Shown: piece after piece, positions 1 through 7,700 of the stretch
Layout of the letters: every line of letters starts with the position of its first letter
Position numbering within the stretch: position 1 is the first letter of the stretch
Notes under the pieces: generated by a model
Seen by the model: only the letters and a program-made list of their open reading frames with translations
What the model was told of the DNA's origin: nothing
Database searches by the model: none
Made by a program: the position numbers and the translations under genes
NCBI GenBank assembly: GCA_030167145.1
Contig: CP126532.1
Location: 2,250,001 to 2,282,000, forward strand
DNA length: 32,000 nt
Source of the DNA: Ktedonobacterales bacterium
GTDB taxonomy: Bacteria; Chloroflexota; Ktedonobacteria; Ktedonobacterales; JADMIN01
Direction of reading: 5' to 3'

Positions 1-119
1 ACGAGCGCCGCGAGCGCCCAATCCGCGCCTGCCGCCGCCTGGGCGGCCAGCCGCTGCTCGCGCTCGCGCTCCACGTCAATATGCGGTCCGTTCTCCGCGA
101 AGACATCCTGCCAGATCAT
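1..119 (-). CDS. 5' end (about 39 codons) of an unidentified protein that continues past the left window edge
   Basis: ATG at 119-117 on the minus strand, with a GGGAGGG Shine-Dalgarno (complement of 129-135) 9 nt upstream. Reads MIWQDVFAENGPHIDVEREREQRLAAQAAAGADWALAAL with G/C-rich third positions. Probably missing from the ORF track because it is truncated. Function cannot be recognised from 39 aa. Confidence 0.4.
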   Translation of the reverse strand, partial: MIWQDVFAENGPHIDVEREREQRLAAQAAAGADWALAAL

Positions 120-627
120 ATTCGTCTACCCTCCCGGACGGCACGCAAGCGGCGGACCGCGATATGATGATAGAACGTATACGTACATTATCATGTACGG
201 CTTGCTCGCCCGTGCGAGCTTCTTCATCACAGGTATAGCAAAGTGGCGTGAAATTCGCCTCTGAAATAATGCCTAGCAGCGTCCCTAAACGGTGACGACT
301 GCACCTCATATCTGGCAAACAGCGGAATGTGTGCCCCAGTTTGGAACAACCATTATCGCTGCCCTGATGACCTGCCAATATGTCGCAACATTCGCGCCGA
401 AACGGACACATCGCGCGCATGGGATGCGCGAACAGGGGACGCGACCCGTACCGTCCCTCACTGCATAGGACGTTTGAGCGCCCAACTTTGCCACGCCAAA
501 ATGGCGAACGCGCTCGCCGTCGCGCTGCCTATCACCCAAATGTACGTGTAAGGCTGGCTATATGTTATGTGCCACATGTCACGGTCTTCTCACACGCACG
601 CGAGTGCGCGAGCAGGGCATATGTTGG

Positions 628-655
628 TTGACAGCGGCGGCCCGTTGGCGATAAT
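628..655 (+). promoter_or_regulatory. Candidate sigma70-type promoter upstream of comM
   Basis: TTGACA (628-633), 16 nt spacer, GATAAT (650-655), about 90 nt upstream of the comM ATG at 743. Sequence match only. Confidence 0.3.
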
Positions 656-742
656 GACAATATCCGTAATGGCTGCTCACTCTTGCGTGTACGGCAAGTC
701 GCGATGAGCAGCAGATGTGAGCCCAGGGGAAGGCGGCGGGAT

Positions 743-2293
743 ATGCTCGCGAAGGTCAGCACGTGCGCGGTGATCGGGCTGGAGGGCGCGCTGGTGGAGG
801 TGGAGGTGGATATCGGCCACGGGCTGCCCGCGTTCGCAATAGTTGGCCTGCCGGATGCCGCTGTCAACGAAGCCAAGGAGCGCGTGCGCGCGGCGATCAA
901 GAATAGTGGGGCGATCTTTCCACTGCGGCGCATCACCGTCAACCTGGCTCCTGCCGATCTGCGGAAAGCTGGGCCTGCGTATGATCTGCCTATCGCCGTC
1001 GCGATGCTGATGGCTTCGGAGCAGATCGCGCCGCTCAGCGCGACGGGTGGAGTGGGCGTGGCGGATGATTGCCTGTTCCTTGGCGAACTCAGCCTGGATG
1101 GCGGTCTGCGCCATACCCACGGCATTCTGCCGATGGTGGCGCTGGCGCGAGATCGTGGGATCAGCGCGGTGTACGTCCCGGCGATGGATGCGCCTGAGGC
1201 GGCGCTGGTGGAAGACGTGGCGGTGTATCCGGTGGAGCATCTGGCGCAACTGGCGGCACATCTGCGCGGCGAGCAGGGCATCGCGCCGTATGTGCCTGAT
1301 CCGGCGCTGCTGGCGCCCGGCGGCGATAAGACGTACCCGTATGATCTGGCCGATGTACGCGGGCAGGAGCATGTGAAGCGGGCGCTGGAGGTGGCGGCAA
1401 GCGGTGGGCATAACATGCTCATGAAGGGTCCGCCGGGGTCGGGGAAAACGCTGTTGGCGCGCACGGTGCCTTCGATTCTGCCGCGCCTGACGCTGCCAGA
1501 GGCGCTCGAAACGACCAAACTCTACAGCGTCAGCGGGATGCTCGCGGCGGAAGAGCCGCTGGTGCGGCAGCGTCCGTTCCGCGCGCCGCACCACACGACG
1601 AGCCATGCGGGGCTGGTCGGCGGGGGACGCTGGCCGCGGCCGGGCGAGATCAGTCTGGCGCATCGCGGGGTGCTGTTTTTGGATGAGCTACCGGAGTTCG
1701 GTCAGAATGTGCTGGAGGTGCTACGCCAGCCATTGGAAGATCATTGCGTGACGATCAGCCGGGCGCAGGGGACGGTGACGTTCCCGGCGAACTTCATGCT
1801 GATCGCGGCGATGAATCCGTGTCCGTGTGGCTACGCAGGCGATCCGACGCGGGAGTGTTCGTGTTCGGCGGGGAACATTCTGCGCTATCAGAAGCGCATC
1901 AGCGGGCCGCTGCTCGACCGCATTGACATCCACGTGGAGGTGCCGCGCGTGGAGTATGAGAAGCTGACCGACCGGCGCGAAGGCGAGCGTTCGGCGGAGG
2001 TGCGGGCGCGGGTGCAGGCGGCGCGTGAGGTGCAGGCGCGGCGCTTCGCGGGCACACGCGCAACCTGCAATGCGGATATGGGGCCAGCGGAGGTGCGCAC
2101 ATTCTGCGACGTTGAACCCGCCGCGCAGCCGTTGCTAAAAGCGGCTACGCAGCGCCTGCAACTCTCGGCGCGGGCGTTCCACCGCGTGCTGAAGCTGGCG
2201 CGCACCATTGCCGATCTGGCGGGCAGCGAGAGCATCGGCGCGCCGCATATCGCCGAGGCGCTGCAATATCGCCCGCGAGTGGAGGTGGGGTGA
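743..2293 (+). CDS. comM: Mg-chelatase-like AAA+ ATPase, YifB/ComM family
   Basis: ORF 683..2293 trimmed to the ATG at 743 (MLAKVSTCAVIGLEG), which follows a GGGGAAGGCGGCGGG purine tract. Walker A GPPGSGKTLLA, Walker B VLFLDELPEF, Cys cluster NPCPCGYAGDPTRECSCS, C-terminal RTIADLAGSE..IAEALQYR. Confidence 0.9.
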   Translation: MLAKVSTCAVIGLEGALVEVEVDIGHGLPAFAIVGLPDAAVNEAKERVRAAIKNSGAIFPLRRITVNLAPADLRKAGPAYDLPIAVAMLMASEQIAPLSATGGVGVADDCLFLGELSLDGGLRHTHGILPMVALARDRGISAVYVPAMDAPEAALVEDVAVYPVEHLAQLAAHLRGEQGIAPYVPDPALLAPGGDKTYPYDLADVRGQEHVKRALEVAASGGHNMLMKGPPGSGKTLLARTVPSILPRLTLPEALETTKLYSVSGMLAAEEPLVRQRPFRAPHHTTSHAGLVGGGRWPRPGEISLAHRGVLFLDELPEFGQNVLEVLRQPLEDHCVTISRAQGTVTFPANFMLIAAMNPCPCGYAGDPTRECSCSAGNILRYQKRISGPLLDRIDIHVEVPRVEYEKLTDRREGERSAEVRARVQAAREVQARRFAGTRATCNADMGPAEVRTFCDVEPAAQPLLKAATQRLQLSARAFHRVLKLARTIADLAGSESIGAPHIAEALQYRPRVEVG

Positions 2294-2393
2294 GAAGCGG
2301 ACCGAGTAGAGTGGATGACTGGGACAATGGTGTCGCTTGCATAAGGGGTGAGTTGGGAGAAGGCGAGCCAGGTCGCCTCATGCCATTTGTGCG

Positions 2394-3323
2394 TCATTTG
2401 CGCACCGTGAGCCAGCAGAGGTCGCGAGGCGGCTTGACACCGAGGACGTGAAAGGGTAATTCGGGCCGGGCGGTGGCATCGAGATGACTCGTGGCCGCCA
2501 GCCCATAGAATCGTGTAGCGACCTCCCAGGCGTCCTCAAGCGTTGGGAAGGTGATGGTGAGATGACCGGGCAGCACGGTGTAGGTAAAGCCCTGAGCGAT
2601 AAACCAGGTGGGGTCACTGGGCCATATGATGACAATGCGCCCACCGGGACGGGTGACGCGCATGAGTTCGTCGAGGCCGCACTTGCCCCCACGCGCCTCA
2701 TCCGGGCCGAACGCCGAGCACGCGACAACCGCATCTACGCTGTTGTCAGGCAGCGGCACATGGCGGAAGGCGCCGCGATGGAGCTCAACGTTGCGAAGAC
2801 CGGCTGCGGCTAGTTTGCAGTCCAGGAGGCGGAGCAGCGGCAGAGATGGATCCAGCGCGTAGACCGTTCGGGCGCGCCGCGCCAGGGGAAGCGTGACACG
2901 CCCAGTGCCTGCCCCCGCATCTAATACCACTGCGCCATCCACCCGCGCCACATCGAGTGCGCCCAGGTGGATCTGCTCGCCCGCCGTGAGCCGCTCGTAC
3001 TCCTTGGGGGTCTTCCAATAGGTCAGTTCCCAAAACAGGCGGTCGAGCACGGTGCGGCGCGCTGATTCACGCTCGTTCGTGGTGATAGCCCGCTGGCGTG
3101 CTTGGGCGAAGATGGCGCGGTCATCCGGTGGGAGCGCGCGCGCGATACGTTGCCCCAGGTCGTCCAGTGGCAGTGTCTCCCGCGTCCCATCGCTGGCGAA
3201 GGCCCGTCCAGCAAGCGCTGGCGGCACCGCGCCGGAGGCAGTAGTGATAACCTCGCGCCAGTGGGTCGCGTCGAAAACGGCCAGATCGCCAAGGGAGAAT
3301 GCCGCCGCGGCGTCTATGCGCAT
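2394..3323 (-). CDS. Class I SAM-dependent methyltransferase with an approximately 130 aa N-terminal extension
   Basis: 309 aa ORF with the SAM-binding motif I VLDAGAGTGRVTLPLA and a downstream LRPGGRIVII-type motif (VTRPGGRIVIIW). Substrate unknown. Confidence 0.8.
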   Translation of the reverse strand: MRIDAAAAFSLGDLAVFDATHWREVITTASGAVPPALAGRAFASDGTRETLPLDDLGQRIARALPPDDRAIFAQARQRAITTNERESARRTVLDRLFWELTYWKTPKEYERLTAGEQIHLGALDVARVDGAVVLDAGAGTGRVTLPLARRARTVYALDPSLPLLRLLDCKLAAAGLRNVELHRGAFRHVPLPDNSVDAVVACSAFGPDEARGGKCGLDELMRVTRPGGRIVIIWPSDPTWFIAQGFTYTVLPGHLTITFPTLEDAWEVATRFYGLAATSHLDATARPELPFHVLGVKPPRDLCWLTVRK

Positions 3324-3539
3324 AGAGATACCCGCCTAGCAGGACTCAGGCCGAGGGCCGTTACTGGCTAAACCAGCCGATAGTCCGCCATTGATACTGT
3401 GGCCAAAAATATCGTGGTCGGCGCTGGTGGCGGCGCGTGGGTATGCGCTGGTATCTGTCTTCTGACCGCGACTTCACCAGCACCGTCTAGTTTTGCGCCG
3501 CCCCATCACCAACATGCTGTGTTCTAACTGTTGTTGTGA

Positions 3540-3944
3540 CTAGCGTCCGCGATAGGCGTCGGCGATGGCGGCTGTATTGTCATAGCCGACGAAGCGCGCT
3601 ATCTTGCCATCGCGCACGGTCAACACATGCGCGCCGTCGCTGATGACCTCGCGGTTGGTGCGCGTGAGAGTGGATTCACCATGCAGCAGCACCACCACCG
3701 TGTCACCCTGGGCGATGAACTCGCGCGGCTCAAACGCACGGAACTGTGCATTCTCGCCCATCGTCCCCAGCCACTGCTGCACACCAGCCTTGCCACGATA
3801 CGTTCCGAAGAGGGGTACGTCAGCGGGGCCAGGCAAGATCCACTCGACATCGTCGGCGAGGGCGTCCATGAATGCGGGGATATCGCCCCGACCAAACGCG
3901 GCATAGCCTGCCTGAACGCGTTGCAAATTCTCTTGCTCGGACAT
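3540..3944 (-). CDS. SnoaL-like / NTF2-fold (ketosteroid-isomerase-like) small protein
   Basis: ORF 3540..4010 trimmed to the ATG at 3944 (MSEQENLQRVQAGYAAFGRGDI...), preceded by GGGAGAG. The N-terminal AF.RGD, central F.G..G and C-terminal V.DGKI pattern is typical of the SnoaL_2/NTF2 family. Confidence 0.7.
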   Translation of the reverse strand: MSEQENLQRVQAGYAAFGRGDIPAFMDALADDVEWILPGPADVPLFGTYRGKAGVQQWLGTMGENAQFRAFEPREFIAQGDTVVVLLHGESTLTRTNREVISDGAHVLTVRDGKIARFVGYDNTAAIADAYRGR

Positions 3945-4067
3945 TGTTCTCTCCCTTGTTTGTTGCGTCTGGGCATCTCTTGCGCCTGGCGCGGTTATGA
4001 GCCGGACCACACGCCTACTCGATACTGGAATCAGCGATTTCGGCTACCGTGGCCCAAGACAATCTGG

Positions 4068-4370
4068 TCAAACACAGAATCGCGACGCCCATGCGGCGCA
4101 CAATTCTGCCCCGCTCCCCAGACGCACCCACCAGCGGCCATCCGCCGCGCGGAAGGCGCCCACATCGCCGCCAGAGTAGGCCATCTCGAGTAGGCAGCCA
4201 CGTGCCGGCCCGTCGGACAGCTCCTCCCAGGGGATCGCCGCGACGCTCGCGACGTTGCGCGCCATGATCACATTGTTCGGACTGGTCGCACTATTTGCGC
4301 TGTCTGCGATGGGCGTGTGGGTCGCGGCGCCATCGCTCATACCAGGCTCGCCGCCGATATCGTCGGCCAT
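4068..4370 (-). CDS. Hypothetical protein (100 aa), no family recognised
   Basis: ORF with G/C-rich third positions. Its ATG sits immediately downstream of the 4x 12-bp repeat. No motif recognised, so coding status is uncertain. Confidence 0.4.
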   Translation of the reverse strand: MADDIGGEPGMSDGAATHTPIADSANSATSPNNVIMARNVASVAAIPWEELSDGPARGCLLEMAYSGGDVGAFRAADGRWWVRLGSGAELCAAWASRFCV

Positions 4371-4378
4371 GTCTTCCC

Positions 4379-4426
4379 CTTCCTCATCTGTTTCCTCATC
4401 TGTTTCCTCATCTGTTTCCTCATCTG
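4379..4426. repeat. Tandem 12-bp repeat, 4 copies: (T/C)TTCCTCATCTG on plus, CAGATGAGGAA(A/G) on minus
   Basis: Read directly. Units lie at 4379-4390, 4391-4402, 4403-4414 and 4415-4426. Only the first base of unit 1 differs. Confidence 0.95.
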
Positions 4427-4432
4427 TGCGGA

Positions 4433-4461
4433 CAGGGCGCCCAATGAAATAGCGCGCCCTG
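4433..4461 (-). terminator. Hairpin 10 nt downstream of the ABM-like gene stop (possible terminator, no U tract)
   Basis: Perfect 8-bp GC-rich stem, CAGGGCGC (4433-4440) pairing with GCGCCCTG (4454-4461), and a 13-nt loop. No T/U run follows on the minus strand. Confidence 0.3.
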
Positions 4462-4470
4462 CCGTGGGTC

Positions 4471-4746
4471 TTAGCGAGTGAAGAAGTGAGCGAGAGGCGA
4501 ATACTGGATTGCAGGCGGATCGGTCATACCGGCTCGCTGCATTGTCGGCGCGATGACCTCGCGCACCCAGCGCTCATGCGCCTCTTGTGTCTCCCACACT
4601 TCAGTGACCTGAAAGCCGCCTGAGACTGGGCCTGAGGCGTTGGCCAGGAAGCCAGGGAAGACCTTGAGCTGGTCAATCACTGGCGCAAAGAGGACTTCGA
4701 ACTGCTCCGAGGTCATGCCAGGAACCTCTGTGCGCATCAAGATCAT
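4471..4746 (-). CDS. Small ABM-like (dimeric alpha+beta barrel, antibiotic-biosynthesis-monooxygenase-like) protein, 91 aa
   Basis: ORF 4471..5106 trimmed to the ATG at 4746 (MILMRTEVPGMTSEQFEVL...), preceded by GAAAGGGA. The discarded upstream 120 aa is Arg/Ala-rich and looks non-genic. The F.E....V.E.WE..EAH..W pattern resembles the ABM fold. Confidence 0.6.
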   Translation of the reverse strand: MILMRTEVPGMTSEQFEVLFAPVIDQLKVFPGFLANASGPVSGGFQVTEVWETQEAHERWVREVIAPTMQRAGMTDPPAIQYSPLAHFFTR

Positions 4747-5000
4747 GGTTTGTCCCTTTCTTCGTGCGCTACGTGTTCTACGCGCGCTACGTTCTTGCCC
4801 CGGCGCACGCGTTTGGCGCCGTGGGCTTCGATGCCCCAAGTGTGCCCGAACGCGGCTCGTGTTTCCAGACGCAACCAACGCTGCCACCCACGCAATCACC
4901 CACGCATTCGAACCGCCGCGTGCTATCATGAGCGCGTAATTTCGTGCGGCGCGACGGTTGGGGATGCCAGCCACCGCGCGTGGCAAAGGTCGTGGGCGCC

Positions 5001-7439
5001 ATGACGGATGAAGCGAGCGTAGAATTTGGCGAATTTCTGCGGCGTCGGCGGCGGGCGGCAGGCCTGACACAAGAGGAACTCGCCGCGCGAGCGGGGCTGA
5101 GCGCACGCGGCATCGCCGACCTGGAGCGGGGAGTCCGGCGGACTCCCCGCCGCGACACCGTTACTTTGCTCGTTCGCGCGCTGGGAGGATCAGCAGAGGA
5201 CGAGGCGGCCTTCATAGCGGTGGTTCGCAGGGCCACTGTGCCGCCGCTCGTCGCGGCGAGTTCGCCTGCGGATGACGGTCCAGACACGGGAGGAGGGCAC
5301 CGCCAGGGCGGAGCATCTGGCCGAACGCCTCACAACCTGCCCATACAGCCCACCCCTTTGCTTGGTCGCGACGAGGCGGTCCGTGCGGTCGTCGCGTTAG
5401 CGCGTCGCCCGGATGTGCGGCTCGTCACGCTGACGGGATCTGGTGGCATCGGCAAGACACGCCTGGCTATCCGGGCGGCAAACGACCTGCTGGATGACTT
5501 CGCTGATGGCGTCTGGTTTGTGCGTCTCTCGCGACTGACTGACCCCAGCCTGGTCATTCCCACAATCGCTGAGACGCTGGGCTTGAAGGAGGTAGGCGGA
5601 CAGACAATCGCCGAGACGCTGCGCCTCTACTTGCGCGAGCAATGCACGTTGCTCGTGCTGGACAACTGTGAGCATGTCGCCGCCGCCGCTCCCAGTGTGG
5701 CCGACCTGCTGGAGACATGCCCCGCGCTCGCCGTGCTGGCGACAAGTCGCATGGCGCTGCATTTGCGAGGCGAGCACGAGTATCTGGTCGCCCCGCTTGG
5801 GTTGCCCCCCGCCACAGCACGCGCAGAGCTGATCAACGCTCCGGAGCGCCTGCTGGAGTATCCAGCGGCGGCGCTGTTTGTCGAGCGAGCGCGGGCGGTT
5901 CGTCCTGACTTTGCGCTGACGGAGACCAGCACGCTGGCGGTAGCGGAGATCTGTGCCCGACTGGACGGACTGCCGCTGGCCATCGAGTTGGCCGCCGTCC
6001 GCGTCAAACTCCTTCCGCCTCCTGCCCTGCTCATCCGGCTGGAGCATAGTCTCGGATTCCTCGTGGGCGGCGCACGCGACCTTGCTGAGCGGCAGCAGGC
6101 GATGCGCAGTACGATAGCCTGGAGTGAGAATCTGCTCTCCGCTGGGGAACGTGCGCTGTTCTGTCGGATGGGGGTCTTCGCCGGAGGATGCACGCTGGAG
6201 GCGGCAGAGACCGTTTGTGCCGCGCCAGAAGGGGCAGAGCCGCTGGGCATCGAGGTGCTGGGAGGTTTGGGCGCGCTGGTAGATCAGAGCCTGGTACAAC
6301 AGCGCGAGGAAGGCGGCGAGCCGCGCTTTGGCATGCTGCAGGTCATTCGCGAGTACGCGCTGGAGCGGCTGGAAGCGAGCGGGGAGGCCGAGGCGTTGCG
6401 CCGAGCGCACGCGGCGTTCATGCTGGCGCTGGTCGAGCGGGCGGAGCCGAAGCTCACTGGATCGGATGCGGGGGCATGGCTAGACCGGCTGGAATGCGAG
6501 CACGACAACCTGCGGGCGGCGCTGAGCTGGGCGTGGCAGCGGGGCGAGGTGGAGACGGGACTGCGAGTGGTGGCGGCTGTGTTCCGATTTTGGATGGTGC
6601 GCGGTTACTTGCGCGAAGGGCGCGTGTGGGCAGAGCGGCTACTGGCGTTGGAGCCGAAGGACGCGGGCACAAGCTTGGGGGAAATACGGGCGCAGGCTCT
6701 GCGTGCGGCCGGTGTGCTGGCTCTCTATCAAGGGGATGAGGTTGCGGCAGGGAACTGGCTCGAACAGGCGGCGGCGCTGGGTCGGGCGGTCGGCGACCTA
6801 CGAACAGTGGCGAACGCGCTGAGCAGCCTGGGTGTCATGGCGCTGGGCCAGGGCGACCTGGCGCGGGCGGAAAGCTGCCTGGAGGAAAGCCTGGCGCTCA
6901 TGCGCGCGGTGGGTGAGCGCCGGGGCGTTGCGACCGTGCTGACAAACTTGGGAATCGTCGTCTATATGCAGGGGGATATAGAGCGGGCAGCGGCCGTCTT
7001 CGCGGAGGCGCTCGCGGTCAGCCGCGAGGTGGGCGACCGCGACCTTATCGCCACCAACCTTGCCAATCTGTCGTCTGTGGCGCTGCGCCAAGGCGAGGTG
7101 GCCAGGGCGGAGGCGCTGGGGCGCGAAGCGCTGGCGCTGTACTGGGAACTAGGCGACCCCCGCCGGTGCGCTGTGGGCCTGGAAGGATTAGCGAGCGCGG
7201 CCGGGATGGCAGGGCTGGGAGTGCGCGCGGCGCGGCTGCTGGGGGCGGCGGCAGCGGTGCGAGAGGCGCTGGGTACCCCGCAACCACCACAGGAGCGGGA
7301 GGAAGTCGAGCAAGCGACTGATGAGGCGAGGTCAAGCTTAGGTGAGGCGGCGTGGGCGGCGGCGCTGGCGGCAGGTCGGGCGCTAACGCTGGAGCAGGCA
7401 GTCGCCGAGGCGCTAGGCGACGACGGAGGGAACGGCTGA
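5001..7439 (+). CDS. STAND-type regulator: N-terminal XRE-family HTH, NB-ARC-like P-loop NTPase, C-terminal TPR array
   Basis: ORF 4944..7439 trimmed to the ATG at 5001 (MTDEASVEFGEFLRRRRRAAGLTQEELAARAGLSARGIADLERG = HTH_XRE). Walker A GSGGIGKTRLA, Walker B LLVLDNCEH. Repeated 40-aa TPR-like units (ANALSSLGVMALGQGDLARAE..., ATVLTNLGIVVYMQGDIERAA..., ATNLANLSSVALRQGEVARAE...). Confidence 0.85.
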   Translation: MTDEASVEFGEFLRRRRRAAGLTQEELAARAGLSARGIADLERGVRRTPRRDTVTLLVRALGGSAEDEAAFIAVVRRATVPPLVAASSPADDGPDTGGGHRQGGASGRTPHNLPIQPTPLLGRDEAVRAVVALARRPDVRLVTLTGSGGIGKTRLAIRAANDLLDDFADGVWFVRLSRLTDPSLVIPTIAETLGLKEVGGQTIAETLRLYLREQCTLLVLDNCEHVAAAAPSVADLLETCPALAVLATSRMALHLRGEHEYLVAPLGLPPATARAELINAPERLLEYPAAALFVERARAVRPDFALTETSTLAVAEICARLDGLPLAIELAAVRVKLLPPPALLIRLEHSLGFLVGGARDLAERQQAMRSTIAWSENLLSAGERALFCRMGVFAGGCTLEAAETVCAAPEGAEPLGIEVLGGLGALVDQSLVQQREEGGEPRFGMLQVIREYALERLEASGEAEALRRAHAAFMLALVERAEPKLTGSDAGAWLDRLECEHDNLRAALSWAWQRGEVETGLRVVAAVFRFWMVRGYLREGRVWAERLLALEPKDAGTSLGEIRAQALRAAGVLALYQGDEVAAGNWLEQAAALGRAVGDLRTVANALSSLGVMALGQGDLARAESCLEESLALMRAVGERRGVATVLTNLGIVVYMQGDIERAAAVFAEALAVSREVGDRDLIATNLANLSSVALRQGEVARAEALGREALALYWELGDPRRCAVGLEGLASAAGMAGLGVRAARLLGAAAAVREALGTPQPPQEREEVEQATDEARSSLGEAAWAAALAAGRALTLEQAVAEALGDDGGNG

Positions 7440-7524
7440 TCAGACTTTCCCTATCTTCGACCTGAAACCTGACAGTCTGCGCTATCCGCTCTCTTGGCAT
7501 CAAGGCGCATGCGCTTTCTATAGC

Positions 7525-7686
7525 ACACACGCCCGCGAACACCTTCCATTGTTACTCGTGTTACTCGCATGGGTGTCCGTGTAGCTACGCGGGCGACCTG
7601 ACGCGCGAGTGTATATGTTCGGCGGACACCATCGCCGATCTGGCGGGCAGCGAGAGCATCGCCGCGCCGCATATCGCTAGTTATTA
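7525..7686 (+). pseudogene. Decayed remnant of a second comM/yifB copy (two homologous blocks joined by an in-frame ~330-nt deletion, no start codon)
   Basis: 7573-7625 aligns to comM 1819-1871 (about 85% identity by eye) and encodes CPCSYAGDLTRECICSA versus CPCGYAGDPTRECSCSA. 7627-7677 aligns to comM 2203-2253 (about 95%) and encodes TIADLAGSESIAAPHIA versus TIADLAGSESIGAPHIA. Weaker similarity extends back to about 7525. The frame is kept across the junction and ends at TAA 7684-7686. Confidence 0.7.
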
Positions 7687-7700
7687 AGGCTCCCAATCCT

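Noticed and set aside
565-1663. Long minus-strand ORFs (317 and 328 aa) antisense to comM
   Set aside because: These are typical high-GC shadow ORFs: Arg/Ala/Ser/Pro-rich, low-complexity translations with no motifs. They fully overlap a gene that has clear AAA+ motifs.
4255-4452. Plus-strand 65-aa ORF ending in SSVSSSVSSSVSSSV
   Set aside because: The serine/valine repeat is simply the 12-bp tandem repeat read in frame. The ORF lies antisense to the start of ORF 4068-4370 and has no RBS.
2394-4746. Methyltransferase plus SnoaL-like plus ABM-like genes as a possible natural-product tailoring cluster
   Set aside because: No core biosynthetic enzyme (PKS, NRPS, terpene cyclase, RiPP precursor) is in or near the block. 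These small folds are common stand-alone genes. The block is retained only as context for the comM-remnant finding.
4747-5106. N-terminal 120-aa extension of ORF 4471..5106, and the 19-aa extension of ORF 4944..7439
   Set aside because: The extensions are Arg/Pro/Ala-rich and overlap each other in the divergent intergenic region. They also lack RBSs. Internal ATGs at 4746 and 5001 coincide with the beginning of the recognisable domains.
7480-7490. Isolated copies of the heptamer-array sequence: CGCTATCCGCT at 7480-7490 and CTATCCGCTA at 16660-16669
   Set aside because: These are 10-11-mers, and one lies inside the Mo-enzyme coding sequence. With seven repeat phases and two strands, chance occurrence in 32 kb is plausible. 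There is no evidence of a functional link.
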